From: Syntrophales bacterium
GTDB taxonomy: Bacteria; Desulfobacterota; Syntrophia; Syntrophales; PHBD01
DNA length: 64,000 nt
Reading direction: 5' to 3'
NCBI GenBank assembly: GCA_963668175.1
Contig: OY764159.1
Coordinates: forward strand, 1,984,001-2,048,000
Each line of letters starts with the position of its first letter. Positions within the stretch are counted from its first letter, which is position 1. The notes below the pieces were generated by a model. That model was not told where the DNA came from. It did no database searches and saw only the letters and a program-made list of their open reading frames with translations. The position numbers and the translations under genes were made by a program. Shown here one piece after another: positions 1 through 9,303 of the stretch.

Positions 1-483
1 CGGGACCATTCCGACACATACAGGCTGCAGTCGGACGAGGAATACTGCAACCGCGTCGCGGAGCGGTCCGTCCGCAAGAAAAGGACCGAATACGAAGAGA
101 GACGCAAGACCGACGGCTGCAAGGACTGTTCGTTCGGCCAGAGCCTGGCGTACTCGCTGGTTTCCGACTTCGTCGACGCGGCCTCCCTGGACCTGCACGC
201 GGACATAACGTTCAATACCTGTATGAGGGACCTGGGCTACCGGGCGGTCGAGGCGCGTCCGGCCTCGTACGGCGCGGCGGCGGAGAGAGATGAAGCCGGT
301 GCGCCGGAGCGGTACGAAACGCCGGATGCGGCTGCGGAACGCAAGGAAACCGGCCCGCCGCGGCGGTCGAGCACCTACGACCGGCGGAAATGCGAGAGTG
401 ACTGCCGGTCCATGTATGAAAAGAGGCAGCTGAAGGTCGGCATCTCCATCGACAGCTGCATCTCCATCGTTTGTACGGACTAG
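1..483 (+). CDS. Partial (5' end outside window) Cys-rich hypothetical protein, possibly an exported lipoprotein
   Basis: Frame 1 is open from base 1 (RDHSDTYRLQSDEEYCNRVAE...FNTCMRDLGYR) to TAG at 481-483. The C-terminus has four Cys (KCESDC...SCISIVC). Confidence 0.6.
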   Translation, partial: RDHSDTYRLQSDEEYCNRVAERSVRKKRTEYEERRKTDGCKDCSFGQSLAYSLVSDFVDAASLDLHADITFNTCMRDLGYRAVEARPASYGAAAERDEAGAPERYETPDAAAERKETGPPRRSSTYDRRKCESDCRSMYEKRQLKVGISIDSCISIVCTD

Positions 484-528
484 CCGACCCCCGGCGGCAT
501 ATCCTCGGATTCCCGCGCCGCATTCCTT

Positions 529-1272
529 TCACCCCGCGATGTCCTTCCGCAGCCTGACCGGCTCCGTCTGTTTCTTCCGCATGCGCAGGTTGAGCATCTC
601 CACCGTGACGGAAAACGCCATGGAGAAGTAGATGTATCCCTTCGGGACATGGACGTCGAAACCCTCCATGATCAGCGTGACACCGACGAGGATGAGGAAG
701 GAAAGGGCCAGGATCTTGATGGTCGGATGCTGGTCCACGAAGTCCGAGATCGGCTTGGCGGCGAACAGCATGACCCCGACGGATGCGACGATCGCAATCG
801 CCATGATCGAGATCTGCCGGGCGAGCCCGACCGCCGTGATGACGGAGTCGAGGGAGAAGACGATGTCGAGGATGGCGATCTGGAAAAGTACCGCCGCCAG
901 CGTGACCTTCTTGATGACGGGCATGTGCTCCTCCACCCCTTCCAGGCTGCCGTGGATTTCGTGGGTCGCCTTGGCGAGGAGGAACATGCCGCCCCCGATC
1001 AGGATGATGTCGCGCCCGGAGATGTCCTGGCCGAGGACGGAGAAGAGGGGCTGCGTCAGGCCGGCCACCCAGACGAGGGAGAAGAGCAGCGCCAGGCGGG
1101 TGAGCATGGCGAGCATCAGGCCCACGTTGCGGCCCAGGTTTCTCTTTTCGGCGGGCAAGCGGCCCACCAGGATGGAGATGAAGATAATATTGTCGATACC
1201 GAGGACGATCTCCAGGGCCGTCAGGGTCCCCAGTGCCGCCCATCCTTCCGGGGTCGTGATCCATGCGAACAT
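529..1272 (-). CDS. TerC family integral membrane protein
   Basis: Motifs LEIVLGIDNIIFI and DIVFSLDSVITAVG, with multiple hydrophobic helices. Start set at ATG 1272 (MFAWITTPEGW). Confidence 0.9.
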   Translation of the reverse strand: MFAWITTPEGWAALGTLTALEIVLGIDNIIFISILVGRLPAEKRNLGRNVGLMLAMLTRLALLFSLVWVAGLTQPLFSVLGQDISGRDIILIGGGMFLLAKATHEIHGSLEGVEEHMPVIKKVTLAAVLFQIAILDIVFSLDSVITAVGLARQISIMAIAIVASVGVMLFAAKPISDFVDQHPTIKILALSFLILVGVTLIMEGFDVHVPKGYIYFSMAFSVTVEMLNLRMRKKQTEPVRLRKDIAG

Positions 1273-1539
1273 AGTATGCTCCGTTGCGAATGGTTGAAGG
1301 TCTGCCGGTCCGTTTGCCGGAAACGCGGACAATCGGACGGGATTATTCCATATTTCGAGGCGAACTTCAACGGCATCCGTTCCGTCGGCAGGCGGTTTCC
1401 GTGCGGCTGCGGCGGCGAAAACCGCGCGATACGGACAAAAACGGCTGCGGAGAAATGGGCCGGGACGGCGGGCAAGCGCTTGCGCAGGGAAACGGACGCA
1501 CGGCGGGACGCACGATTACAGGATTGTAAGGAGGAGAAG

Positions 1540-1980
1540 ATGAGCGGATCGGGAATCCGAATGACGGAGGGCGGCAGCCGCCCCGGCGACGCCGACGTTG
1601 CGGCATGGATCGGCGCCGGGGCTTATGAACGCTGGCGGCAGGTCTAAGGGCTGATCGCGGAGGCGTATCCCGGCGTCTTCGTCCCCGAATGGCTCTTCGG
1701 GGGGAAGAAGCACGGCTGGACCCTCCGGTACAAGAAAGGCAAGTCCTTCTGCACGTTCGTTCCGGAGAAGGGGCGCTTTTTGCTCCTGATCGTTTTCGGA
1801 GCCGCGGAGCGGGCCGGGGCGGATGCCCTCAGGGAATCGCTGTCGTCTCCGATCCGGGAGGCGTACGACCGGGCGGCGACCTATCACGACGGCAAATGGG
1901 TCCTTTTCGATATCGACGGCGAAAGGGCCGCGGCGGATGCCATGAAGCTCCTGGCGCTGAAGCGCAAACGGAAGAAGTAA
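1540..1980 (+). pseudogene. DUF3788-like protein interrupted by an in-frame TAA at 1645-1647
   Basis: RBS AAGGAGGAG precedes ATG 1540. The same frame continues after the stop (GLIAEAYPGVFVPEWLFGGKKHGWTLRYKKGKSFCTF...YHDGKWVLF...KLLALKRK). Confidence 0.7.
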
Positions 1981-2062
1981 GAAGGACGTGCGGCGACGCC
2001 GGGGGCGACGCCCGCGGGAAAGAGGTCGGGGCGAAAAAGGGATGAAACAGGCGCGGCAGCCG

Positions 2063-2677
2063 TCAGGCGCGCTGCACTTCGCTAAGGGCGTCTTCCAGAT
2101 CGACGGCCATGGCGGCCCTGATCTTCTTTTCCACTGCGCCGGCCGTCTGCCGGTTCCGCCGGATGGAGGCAACGGCGGCCTCCGTGACGCCGTAGCGCAG
2201 GATGAGGTCCTCCACGCGCTCGTCGAGGCTGACGACCCTGTCGTGCATCACCCTCTTGTCGGCGTAGTTGACGATTTCCCGTTCCGAAAGGGTGGCCTCC
2301 GGATCGAAACCGGTCAGGATCACATGCTGCTCGACGATCTCGCCGACCCGCGGAAATCCGAGTTCGCGCAGTAGTGTGCCCCCGGTCCGGTCGTGCGATT
2401 CCTTCGTTTCCAGCGCCCGCGTCTTCGTGATGTCGTGAAGGAGCGCCGCGGCCATGACGAGGTCCCGGTCGACGGCCGCGCCGTTGCCCATGTTGTCCGC
2501 GATGGCGAGCGCCACCCGCATGACCTGCCGCGAGTGGGCGACGATGTTCGGCAGCATGCCGTACCGGGCCATGAGGTCGTCGCATTCGCGCAGGTTTGGT
2601 ATTCCGTCTCCGGGAAACATGGATGTGTTCGTTAATGCCTTCTTTGGGACCCGCCTTCCGGGGGGAGCTTCATTCAT
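2063..2677 (-). CDS. HD-domain (HDIG-type) metal-dependent phosphohydrolase
   Basis: Motifs AHSRQV, ALLHDITK, EQHV and NYADKR. The start could instead be 2620. Confidence 0.8.
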   Translation of the reverse strand: MNEAPPGRRVPKKALTNTSMFPGDGIPNLRECDDLMARYGMLPNIVAHSRQVMRVALAIADNMGNGAAVDRDLVMAAALLHDITKTRALETKESHDRTGGTLLRELGFPRVGEIVEQHVILTGFDPEATLSEREIVNYADKRVMHDRVVSLDERVEDLILRYGVTEAAVASIRRNRQTAGAVEKKIRAAMAVDLEDALSEVQRA

Positions 2678-3137
2678 CGGACAGGGGAAAGATCATCACC
2701 CTCGCCGCCCGCCTGCCCAGGAAGCCTAATCTGGCCGCGGCGGCCCTTGTCAGGTCGATAAGTTCGTAGCCGTGGTCCCGGCAGCGGTCGTTGACGGTAA
2801 CGACGACGGACCGGTCGTTGGCGAGGTTGACCACCTTCACGCGGGTGCCGTGCGGGATCGTCGGGTGGGCCGCCGTGAGCTTCCTGTGGTCGAAGACCGC
2901 GCCGGAGGCCGTCCTTCTTCCCTGATAGCGCTTCCCGTAATAAACGGCCAAGGCCTTTACGCCTTCCGGTTCCTGCTGCTTTGGAGCCGCCTTCTCCTCC
3001 GCCTCGCCCGCTTCGACCTTTGCCGGTTCCTCCGCCCGTACGGGGCTGCCGGCGACCGCGAAGGCCAGATGGCCGATCAGCAGCAGCCCCAGCACATGTC
3101 TCGTCGTCTTTTTCAATGCCATCGTCCTCTCAAGCAC
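2670..3137 (-). CDS. rlpA: RlpA-family septal ring lytic transglycosylase (DPBB domain)
   Basis: Signal-peptide-like N-terminus, then YYGKRYQGRRTASG, LTAAHPT, VVTVNDR and IDLTRAAA. The start may be ATG 3122. Confidence 0.8.
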   Translation of the reverse strand: MLERTMALKKTTRHVLGLLLIGHLAFAVAGSPVRAEEPAKVEAGEAEEKAAPKQQEPEGVKALAVYYGKRYQGRRTASGAVFDHRKLTAAHPTIPHGTRVKVVNLANDRSVVVTVNDRCRDHGYELIDLTRAAAARLGFLGRRAARVMIFPLSDE

Positions 3138-3333
3138 TAACAGCTTGTTGAAGAACTCGATTATGAACCCCCTATGCAGGGGGCATACAGGCTGCTTGCC
3201 CCTTTCAGGGGGTTCAAAAACGTCCAGATGTAAGGTTTATCCCCTTTAGGGGACGCGCAAGACCCCCTGCGGGGACGCAACCCCCTATGCAGGGGGCACG
3301 CGCGACAGATGGACTTTTTTCAACAGACTGTTA
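3138..3333. mobile_element. MITE-like non-autonomous element with imperfect terminal inverted repeats and internal CCCC-n-GGGG palindromes
   Basis: Left end TAACAGCTTGTTGAAGAA versus right end reverse complement TAACAGTCTGTTGAAAAA. Exact 20-bp repeat AACCCCCTATGCAGGGGGCA at 3166-3185 and 3279-3298. No ORF. Confidence 0.7.
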
Positions 3334-3480
3334 TCCTCCTTCAAAACGGTCCCGCCTGTCAAGCCTTTCCTGCCCTCGGCGCCGCGCAGTCCTCTGTAAA
3401 TGCGGCATATAACGGGTAATTATGCGTTCATCCTCGGCGCCCGAAGTCCCCGCCGTGAATGTGTCCCCATGATATACCGA

Positions 3481-3535
3481 AATATTGCTTGACAATACAA
3501 TCTTCAGATAGTACATACAATACTGTCGACAATAA
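3481..3535. promoter_or_regulatory. AT-rich promoter region with TTGACA and a near-palindromic operator-like site
   Basis: TTGACA at 3489-3494, repeated ACAATA, and ACTGTCGACAAT at 3522-3533. Lies between divergent rlpA and the small ORF at 3667. Confidence 0.45.
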
Positions 3536-3666
3536 TCAGGACATCAAGGCGGTCTCCCCGGACCGATACAGGGGCCGATGGGAGGAAAGCGCCATAGATA
3601 CAGGTACTTTGGTGGATATCCATATTCAACCGGGTCGGTTCCGTTGGGGCCCCAGGGAGGAAAACG

Positions 3667-3813
3667 ATGTCACCCAGAGCATACAGAAGGTACTACAAGG
3701 CATTGGACCGCATCAGGTATCTCGGCGGGAATGCTGCGGGGCGTTGCCGCCTCCGGTGGTCCATTCGCGAATTCGGCTATGAAGCAGCAATCCTCCTTCT
3801 CATGACCGAATAA
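3667..3813 (+). CDS. 48-aa small basic protein, unknown function
   Basis: GGGAGG RBS 6 nt before ATG. Translation MSPRAYRRYYKALDRIRYLGGNAAGRCRLRWSIREFGYEAAILLLMTE. Followed by hairpins at 3850-3900. Confidence 0.5.
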   Translation: MSPRAYRRYYKALDRIRYLGGNAAGRCRLRWSIREFGYEAAILLLMTE

Positions 3814-4234
3814 CCTTCTCCGTACATGGCGTTCCTCCTTCCGTCGGCCCCCCTGAATTGAAACAGGGGTGCGGCGGGCCGGGAGACGGGCTTTTCCCGG
3901 GCGGTTGCCGGATGAATCATTTCCATCGGATGTGTAGGAAATGCATCACGGCCTTCATCGCTTCGTCCGCAATCGAAAGAGGAAGCAATAAAGCCGCAGC
4001 GACGGCGGCGGATATTTAGAATAGTTCGATAATATTGATCTTTTATATAAACGGTGTGCGGACCGGGTGTTTACGTGTGTCTCGTTCGTGTCCGTCGTCC
4101 GGCATAGAGCGCATGCAGACTGTCCCTGGGTATGAATCAAATAAGGCAGGCGGGAGAAGGCAGGAGAGACCCATATTGAATATTAATCAGCAATATCCAT
4201 GTGATATGCTTGCAAAGGGGCGCAGGGTCCAATC

Positions 4235-4250
4235 TGGCACGCCGCTTGCA
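4235..4250 (+). promoter_or_regulatory. sigma54 (-24/-12) promoter
   Basis: TGGCACG-CCGC-TTGCA is an exact match to TGGCACG-N4-TTGCW and follows an AT-rich tract. Confidence 0.8.
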
Positions 4251-4260
4251 AATTTTTCAT

Positions 4261-4770
4261 TATAAGAGATGGACGTATCGTTGTCCCCTTAACCCGGCAC
4301 CTTCTTTACAGGATGACAAGCCGGAGGCATCGGATTCGGCAAGCGGCCGGATGGACCGGATAAGGATGAAGCCTTCCGGATTTGTCGGGAAGGGGAGATG
4401 CTCGATAGCCGGATTTACAGATTTCTCCACTCTGCGGCCAGCCGCAGATCAAACCATGGGACCAGGTTTGTTCCACCTGGTCCTCCTCATGGTTTCCCGG
4501 CCGGACAGGGACCGCATCGGACCTGGATCTGCCGCACACGTTGACGATGTTGTAAAGGGGTGCCGGAAGGAGTCGCACCCGATGATCCGAGTGGGATACA
4601 GGGGAACACGGGGTAAGCGTACAGGCAGCCTTTACGTAGAAATTTTCGGAAGAATTGTGCTTTATCACAACTGGACCGAGTAGAAGAGACTCTCATAAAC
4701 GGTGGCAAAGTTTTCTTCTGCTCTAACATAGGGACCGGTCGCCATAAGCCGGTCCCTCCTCTTCTCTTCT
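4261..4770 (+). ncRNA. Candidate sigma54-dependent structured ncRNA, GGA-rich (possible CsrA/RsmA-binding)
   Basis: Bounded by the sigma54 promoter and a 9-bp terminal hairpin (4730-4757) with a pyrimidine tail. Has a long-range helix 4294-4310/4551-4566, several local hairpins, 24 GGA by hand count, and no recognisable protein. Confidence 0.5.
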
Positions 4771-5212
4771 GAGCATAACTGCCTTATACGCCCATCCACG
4801 TTCCTTCATCGCGGAAAGAGATTGCATGTCCGTTTCTCCGCCGGGCGCTTCCGCAGACTGCGCGGGTTCCCACGGGAGAAACCGGCCTTTATAACCCTGC
4901 GCCTGCGGGAGGAGAGCGGCTTTCGGCCTGCTTCCGGGAGGCTTATGCGGTGAAAAAAAGAGACACAGGATCTGCGTGCGGACTTCGGGCCGCCGACGAA
5001 GCCGGAGCGGTTTTCCTGCCGCCCCGGATGGAAGGCAATACCGGGACGGGCGGCCTGCCTCAAGCCCGTTCCGGACGCCGCCCGAAAGATTGAATCGGTA
5101 AAACGGCCCGCCGGCGGGAATCAACAGCCCGCGGGCCTGAGCAAGGAGGGGAGTTCGTGCAAGGGGCACGGACCCACAAGAAAAGAAGAACATAAACCCT
5201 TGGAGGAAAGAG

Positions 5213-6469
5213 ATGAGTAAGAGAGAAGCTGTTATTGTTTCAGCATGCCGGACGCCCGTAGGGTCGTTCGGCGGAACATTGAAGGGAGTGCACGCTTACA
5301 AGATTGCCGCGACGACGATGAAAGAGGCGATCGGAAGGGCCGGAATCCCGGCGGATATCATTGACGACGTCCGTTACGGCTGCTGTCTTGAGCCGTACGA
5401 TGCCCTGAACATCGCCCGCGTGGCGGCGCTGGAGGCCGGTATTTCCGACCAGAGCACGGCAGTGACGATCAACCGGGTCTGCATATCGGGAATGGAAGCG
5501 GTCGTATCGGGGATGGCGATGATCGAGGCCGGCCTGGCCGACGTCATCCTGGCAGGCGGCGTGGAACATATGTCGGGCGTCGCCTACGCGGTGCCCGGTG
5601 CGCGCTGGGGATGCCGCCTCCAGAGCCAGAGCTTCGACGACATGATGATCGAGGCCCTGCACTGCGGCTCCAAGCTGCTGCCCGGGCCGGAGAAGGGCCC
5701 CTTGAAGGAGGGCCTGCCGATCGATCTGTATAAGGGAAAACCATACATCATGGGCCATACGGCGGAGTTCGTCGCCCAGATGTACAACATCAGCCGGGAG
5801 GAGATGGACGAAGTCGCGCTTCGGAGCCATAACAACGCCGAATGGGCCACGAAGGAAGGGGCGTTCCGCGACGAGATCGTTCCGGTGGAGGTCCCCCAGA
5901 AGAAGGGGAAACCGCCGGTTATGTTCGACAAGGACGAACACTTCATGCCGGGTCTCACGATCGACAAGCTGGCGGCGCTGCCCCCGGCCTTTATTCCGAA
6001 AGTCGGCAAGGTGACGGCCGGCAATTCTTCCGGGCTCAACGACGGCTCGAGCGGCATGGTGATCATGTCGGCCGACAAGGCGAAGGAGCTGGGCGTTGCG
6101 CCCATCGCGCGGATCAAGGCCGTGGGATACGGCGGCTGCCATCCCTCCGTCATGGGGATCAGCCCCGCCCCGGCGGTCAGGTCCCTGATGGGCCGTTCGG
6201 GACTCCGGATCGCCGATTTCGAGCTCATCGAATTGAACGAGGCCTTTGCGGCCCAGTACCTGGGGGTGGAGAAGGAGCTGGGCCTCAACAGGGAAATAAC
6301 GAATATCAACGGTTCGGGAATCGGCCTGGGCCATCCGATAGGATCGACGGGATGCCGGATCATGGTAACGCTGCTTCATGCCATGAAGAAACGCGGCAAG
6401 TCCCTCGGGCTCGCGGCGCTTTGCGGCGGCGGCGGCGTGTCCATGGCCTGCGCTCTGGAGATGATGTGA
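5213..6469 (+). CDS. Acetyl-CoA C-acetyltransferase / thiolase
   Basis: Catalytic motifs NRVCISG, NEAFA, GHPIGSTG and LCGGGG. GGAGG RBS. Confidence 0.95.
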   Translation: MSKREAVIVSACRTPVGSFGGTLKGVHAYKIAATTMKEAIGRAGIPADIIDDVRYGCCLEPYDALNIARVAALEAGISDQSTAVTINRVCISGMEAVVSGMAMIEAGLADVILAGGVEHMSGVAYAVPGARWGCRLQSQSFDDMMIEALHCGSKLLPGPEKGPLKEGLPIDLYKGKPYIMGHTAEFVAQMYNISREEMDEVALRSHNNAEWATKEGAFRDEIVPVEVPQKKGKPPVMFDKDEHFMPGLTIDKLAALPPAFIPKVGKVTAGNSSGLNDGSSGMVIMSADKAKELGVAPIARIKAVGYGGCHPSVMGISPAPAVRSLMGRSGLRIADFELIELNEAFAAQYLGVEKELGLNREITNINGSGIGLGHPIGSTGCRIMVTLLHAMKKRGKSLGLAALCGGGGVSMACALEMM

Positions 6470-6592
6470 CATGGATCCGATGCGGGAAAACCCGTCGGTG
6501 TGAAAGAAGGATTGAAGACGAATCCGTTTCCGGACGGACGGCGGGTCCTTCCGGGACGCAAGGTAATTCCCGGCTGAACGATCAGGTGACAG

Positions 6593-6625
6593 GGGCGGTT
6601 GTTGCACAACAACCGCCCTTTTTTT
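6593..6625 (+). terminator. Intrinsic terminator after thiolase
   Basis: GGGCGGTTGT-TGCACA-ACAACCGCCC followed by T7. Confidence 0.85.
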
Positions 6626-6750
6626 ATCCGCCGCTTTCGGCTGTCCCTGCGGCGGCGCCGAAGTCCGCCCGCGGCTCCGGGACGCCGCCCGGTCCGGTGA
6701 AAGGACCCGCGGGAGAGAGGGCGACGCGACGTTTCGCGGCCGTGATAACA

Positions 6751-7230
6751 CTGCCGCATTTATTTCGAACGTCGGCAAAACGGCGTCCGGTAATTCTTCT
6801 GGACTTCATGACGGCTCCAGCTGTATAATAGCCGCACTTTCAGACATGGTAAAGGCGCTCGGCCTTGCGCCGTTATAGGAATCAAGGCCGGGTACTGCGG
6901 CGGCCGCCACCCGTCGGCGACGGGGAACGTCCCGGTTCTGGCGGTCAGGCCCCTCAAGGACCACCCGGGATATTGGACCGCCGATGTCGATCTGATCGAA
7001 TGTAACGAGGTCTTTGCTGCCCGGTCCCCGGAGATTGTGAAGGAACCGGGCTTCGGCAGGGAAATAGCGGGATGTGAAGTCCGGGCAGCGGCCCGGACCG
7101 TCCTTTCGGATCAACGGGATGCTGGATCATGGCAACACTGCTTCATACGATGAAGAAACGTGGGAAAAACCCTGGGACTCGCGGCAATTTACGATGGCGG
7201 CGTGTCCATGGCATGCGCCCTGAAGATGAT
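6751..7230 (+). pseudogene. Decayed duplicate of the thiolase 3' end (corresponds to ~5978-6469)
   Basis: Collinear nucleotide similarity, e.g. ggatcaacgggatgctggatcatggcaacactgcttcatacgatgaagaaacg versus ggatcgacgggatgccggatcatggtaacgctgcttcatgccatgaagaaacg. Contains indels and stops. Confidence 0.85.
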
Positions 7231-7261
7231 ATTAAATTCATTGATGGGGGGTTTTACAAGC

Positions 7262-9163
7262 ATGATGGGAGGTTTTTCTTTTAGAACAGGCGGATTGAAG
7301 GCGAAATTGGTGCTGGGCGGCTGTCTCATGGCCATGATTCCGGTGATTGTCCTCGGGGCCGTTGCCGTCTTCAACGCCAAGACTTCCATGGAGAAGGCAA
7401 CAGACGAACAGATTGTAATGATTTCCAAGAGTATTGCGGACATGGTCGACGGCGTGCTGACTTCCGAGTCCAGCGCCATTGCCATGCAATCCCGGCGCGC
7501 GGCGGTGATCCAGGCCGTCCGGGACAAGAACGCAGGCGACACCGCGAAGGCGGATTTGTTGCAGCAGGATTTGAGCGGACTCCAGGCCATTACCGAAGGC
7601 CGGTACGAGGGGATCGTCGTCACGGGCCGGGACGGCGTCGTCATCGCCGACAACCTCAAGGGGGCGTCGAAGGGCCTCAACCTGGCGGACAGGGAATACA
7701 CCAAGAAGGTCCTCCAGGGACAGAGCAGCCTGAATCAGGTCGACATATCGAAGCGGTCGAACGCACCGATCCTGACCCTGGCCCATCCGGTGAAGGACGA
7801 AAACGGCCAGGTCATAGGCATGGTCGCCGGCATCCTCAACGTTCCTTACCTCGCGGCGAAAATCAACGAGATCAAGCTGGGCAAGTCGGGTTACGCCTTC
7901 GTCGCCAACAAGGAAGGGACGATCATCGTCTATCCGGACGCCAAGCAGGTCCTGAAAATGAGCATCATCCAGCCAGGCGCGGAAGAGATGGCCAAGAAAG
8001 CGATGGCCGGAGAGACGGGCGTCCAGAGATTGACGCTGAGGGGCGTCGAGAAGTACTCGGGCTTCGCCCCGGTCAAGCTGAACGGCTGGAGCGTCATGAC
8101 GACCGTGCCGGTGGACGAAATGCTGGCGTCGGTCAATTCGACGCGGACGATCATCATCGGCGGCGTCCTCTTCTTCGCTCTTATTGCGGCCGTGGTGGCC
8201 TATCTCTTTGCCCGGGCCATCGCCGTTCCCATCCAGAACGCCGCGGACAGGCTTTCCACCGGCGCAAACGAAATCACGTCCGCTTCCGGCGAAGTGGCGA
8301 CGGCAAGCCAGAGCCTCGCCGAAGGGACTTCCGAACAGGCGGCGGCCATCGAGGAGACGTCGTCGTCCCTGGAGGAGATGTCGTCCATGACGCAGCAGAA
8401 TGCCGACAACGCCAACGCGGCCAACAAGCTGACGGAAGAGGCCAAGAACGTCATGGACCGGGCCAACGGCACCATGAAGAACCTCACCCTGTCGATGGAC
8501 GAGATCTCGAAGGCCAGCGACGAAACCTCGAAGATCGTCAAGACCATCGACGAGATCGCCTTCCAGACGAACCTCCTCGCCCTTAACGCCGCCGTGGAAG
8601 CGGCGCGGGCCGGCGAGGCGGGGGCGGGATTCGCCGTCGTCGCGGAAGAGGTCCGTAACCTGGCGATCAGGGCGGCCGAGGCTGCAAAGAACACCTCCGG
8701 CCTGATCGAAGACACGATCAAGAAGATCAAAGGCGGCTCGGATCTGGTCGCCCAGACGAACGCGGATTTTTCGCTGGTTGCCGAGTCTGCGCGCAAGAGC
8801 GCGGAGCTCATGAGTGAAATCGCCGCGGCTTCGGCCGAGCAGGCCCAGGGCATCGGCCAGGTCACCAAGGCCGTCCACGAGATGGACAAGGTCGTTCAGC
8901 GGAACGCCGCCAACGCGGAAGAATCGGCCTCGGCCTCCGAAGAGATGAACGCCCAGGCAGCCACGATGCAGGAGGTGGTCCGGGAGCTCGTCGCCGTCGT
9001 CGGCGGCAGCGGGAGCGGCAGAGCTGTGGTCGCTGCGGCCGGACCGGCCGCCGGAACGGGCATGAAAATGACCGCCGCGGCGCCTTCCCACGCCGTGGTA
9101 TCGAAGAAAGCCGTTTCCGAACGGCTGATCCCCTTCGAGGGGAGGGACGGCGAAACGTTTTAA
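7262..9163 (+). CDS. Methyl-accepting chemotaxis protein with dCache sensor domain
   Basis: Two TM segments flank a Cache region ([15 protein letters not shown]). Signalling hairpin [23 protein letters not shown]. Start moved from 7160 because that segment is thiolase remnant. Confidence 0.9.
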   Translation: MMGGFSFRTGGLKAKLVLGGCLMAMIPVIVLGAVAVFNAKTSMEKATDEQIVMISKSIADMVDGVLTSESSAIAMQSRRAAVIQAVRDKNAGDTAKADLLQQDLSGLQAITEGRYEGIVVTGRDGVVIADNLKGASKGLNLADREYTKKVLQGQSSLNQVDISKRSNAPILTLAHPVKDENGQVIGMVAGILNVPYLAAKINEIKLGKSGYAFVANKEGTIIVYPDAKQVLKMSIIQPGAEEMAKKAMAGETGVQRLTLRGVEKYSGFAPVKLNGWSVMTTVPVDEMLASVNSTRTIIIGGVLFFALIAAVVAYLFARAIAVPIQNAADRLSTGANEITSASGEVATASQSLAEGTSEQAAAIEETSSSLEEMSSMTQQNADNANAANKLTEEAKNVMDRANGTMKNLTLSMDEISKASDETSKIVKTIDEIAFQTNLLALNAAVEAARAGEAGAGFAVVAEEVRNLAIRAAEAAKNTSGLIEDTIKKIKGGSDLVAQTNADFSLVAESARKSAELMSEIAAASAEQAQGIGQVTKAVHEMDKVVQRNAANAEESASASEEMNAQAATMQEVVRELVAVVGGSGSGRAVVAAAGPAAGTGMKMTAAAPSHAVVSKKAVSERLIPFEGRDGETF

Positions 9164-9269
9164 CCGACGTTTTTCGGGCCGACCGGACGGCCGTTCGTGA
9201 AAGGCGGACGGATGGTCGGCGATTCCGTCCGGGATGAATAATCATTCCTCTTTGAATGATCCATAGACG

Positions 9270-9303
9270 GGGCGGCCGTTGCAGGACGGCCGTCCTTTTT
9301 TTT
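9270..9303 (+). terminator. Intrinsic terminator after the MCP gene, paralogous to the thiolase terminator
   Basis: GGGCGGCCGT-TGCAGG-ACGGCCGTCC followed by T8. Confidence 0.85.

Noticed and set aside
1273..1420. yybP-ykoY manganese riboswitch upstream of the TerC gene
   Set aside because: The conserved GGGGAGUAG segment is not present on the minus strand.
3138..3333. Mini CRISPR array
   Set aside because: Only two exact 20-bp repeats with irregular spacing, terminal inverted repeats, and no cas genes.
4201..4683. 160-aa ORF over the candidate ncRNA
   Set aside because: It starts upstream of the sigma54 promoter, lacks an RBS and motifs, and has atypical composition. A shorter internal peptide cannot be fully excluded.
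4261..4770. RNase P RNA, tmRNA or 6S RNA
   Set aside because: No GAGGAAAGUCC, no tRNA-like ends, and the length and sigma54 promoter do not fit 6S.
6550..6600. c-di-GMP-I riboswitch (GGGACGCAA...GACAG)
   Set aside because: Only partial resemblance. The GGYAAA/GAAA P2 element is not recognisable, and the site is better explained as a 3' UTR hairpin before a terminator.
5978..7230. Thiolase 3' end and its copy as a diversity-generating retroelement VR/TR pair
   Set aside because: Differences involve all bases and indels rather than adenines only, and no reverse transcriptase is in the window.
7160..7261. Thiolase-MCP fusion protein implied by the ORF-track start at 7160
   Set aside because: The extension is thiolase relic in frame by chance and has no good RBS. 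ATG 7262 gives a normal MCP N-terminus.
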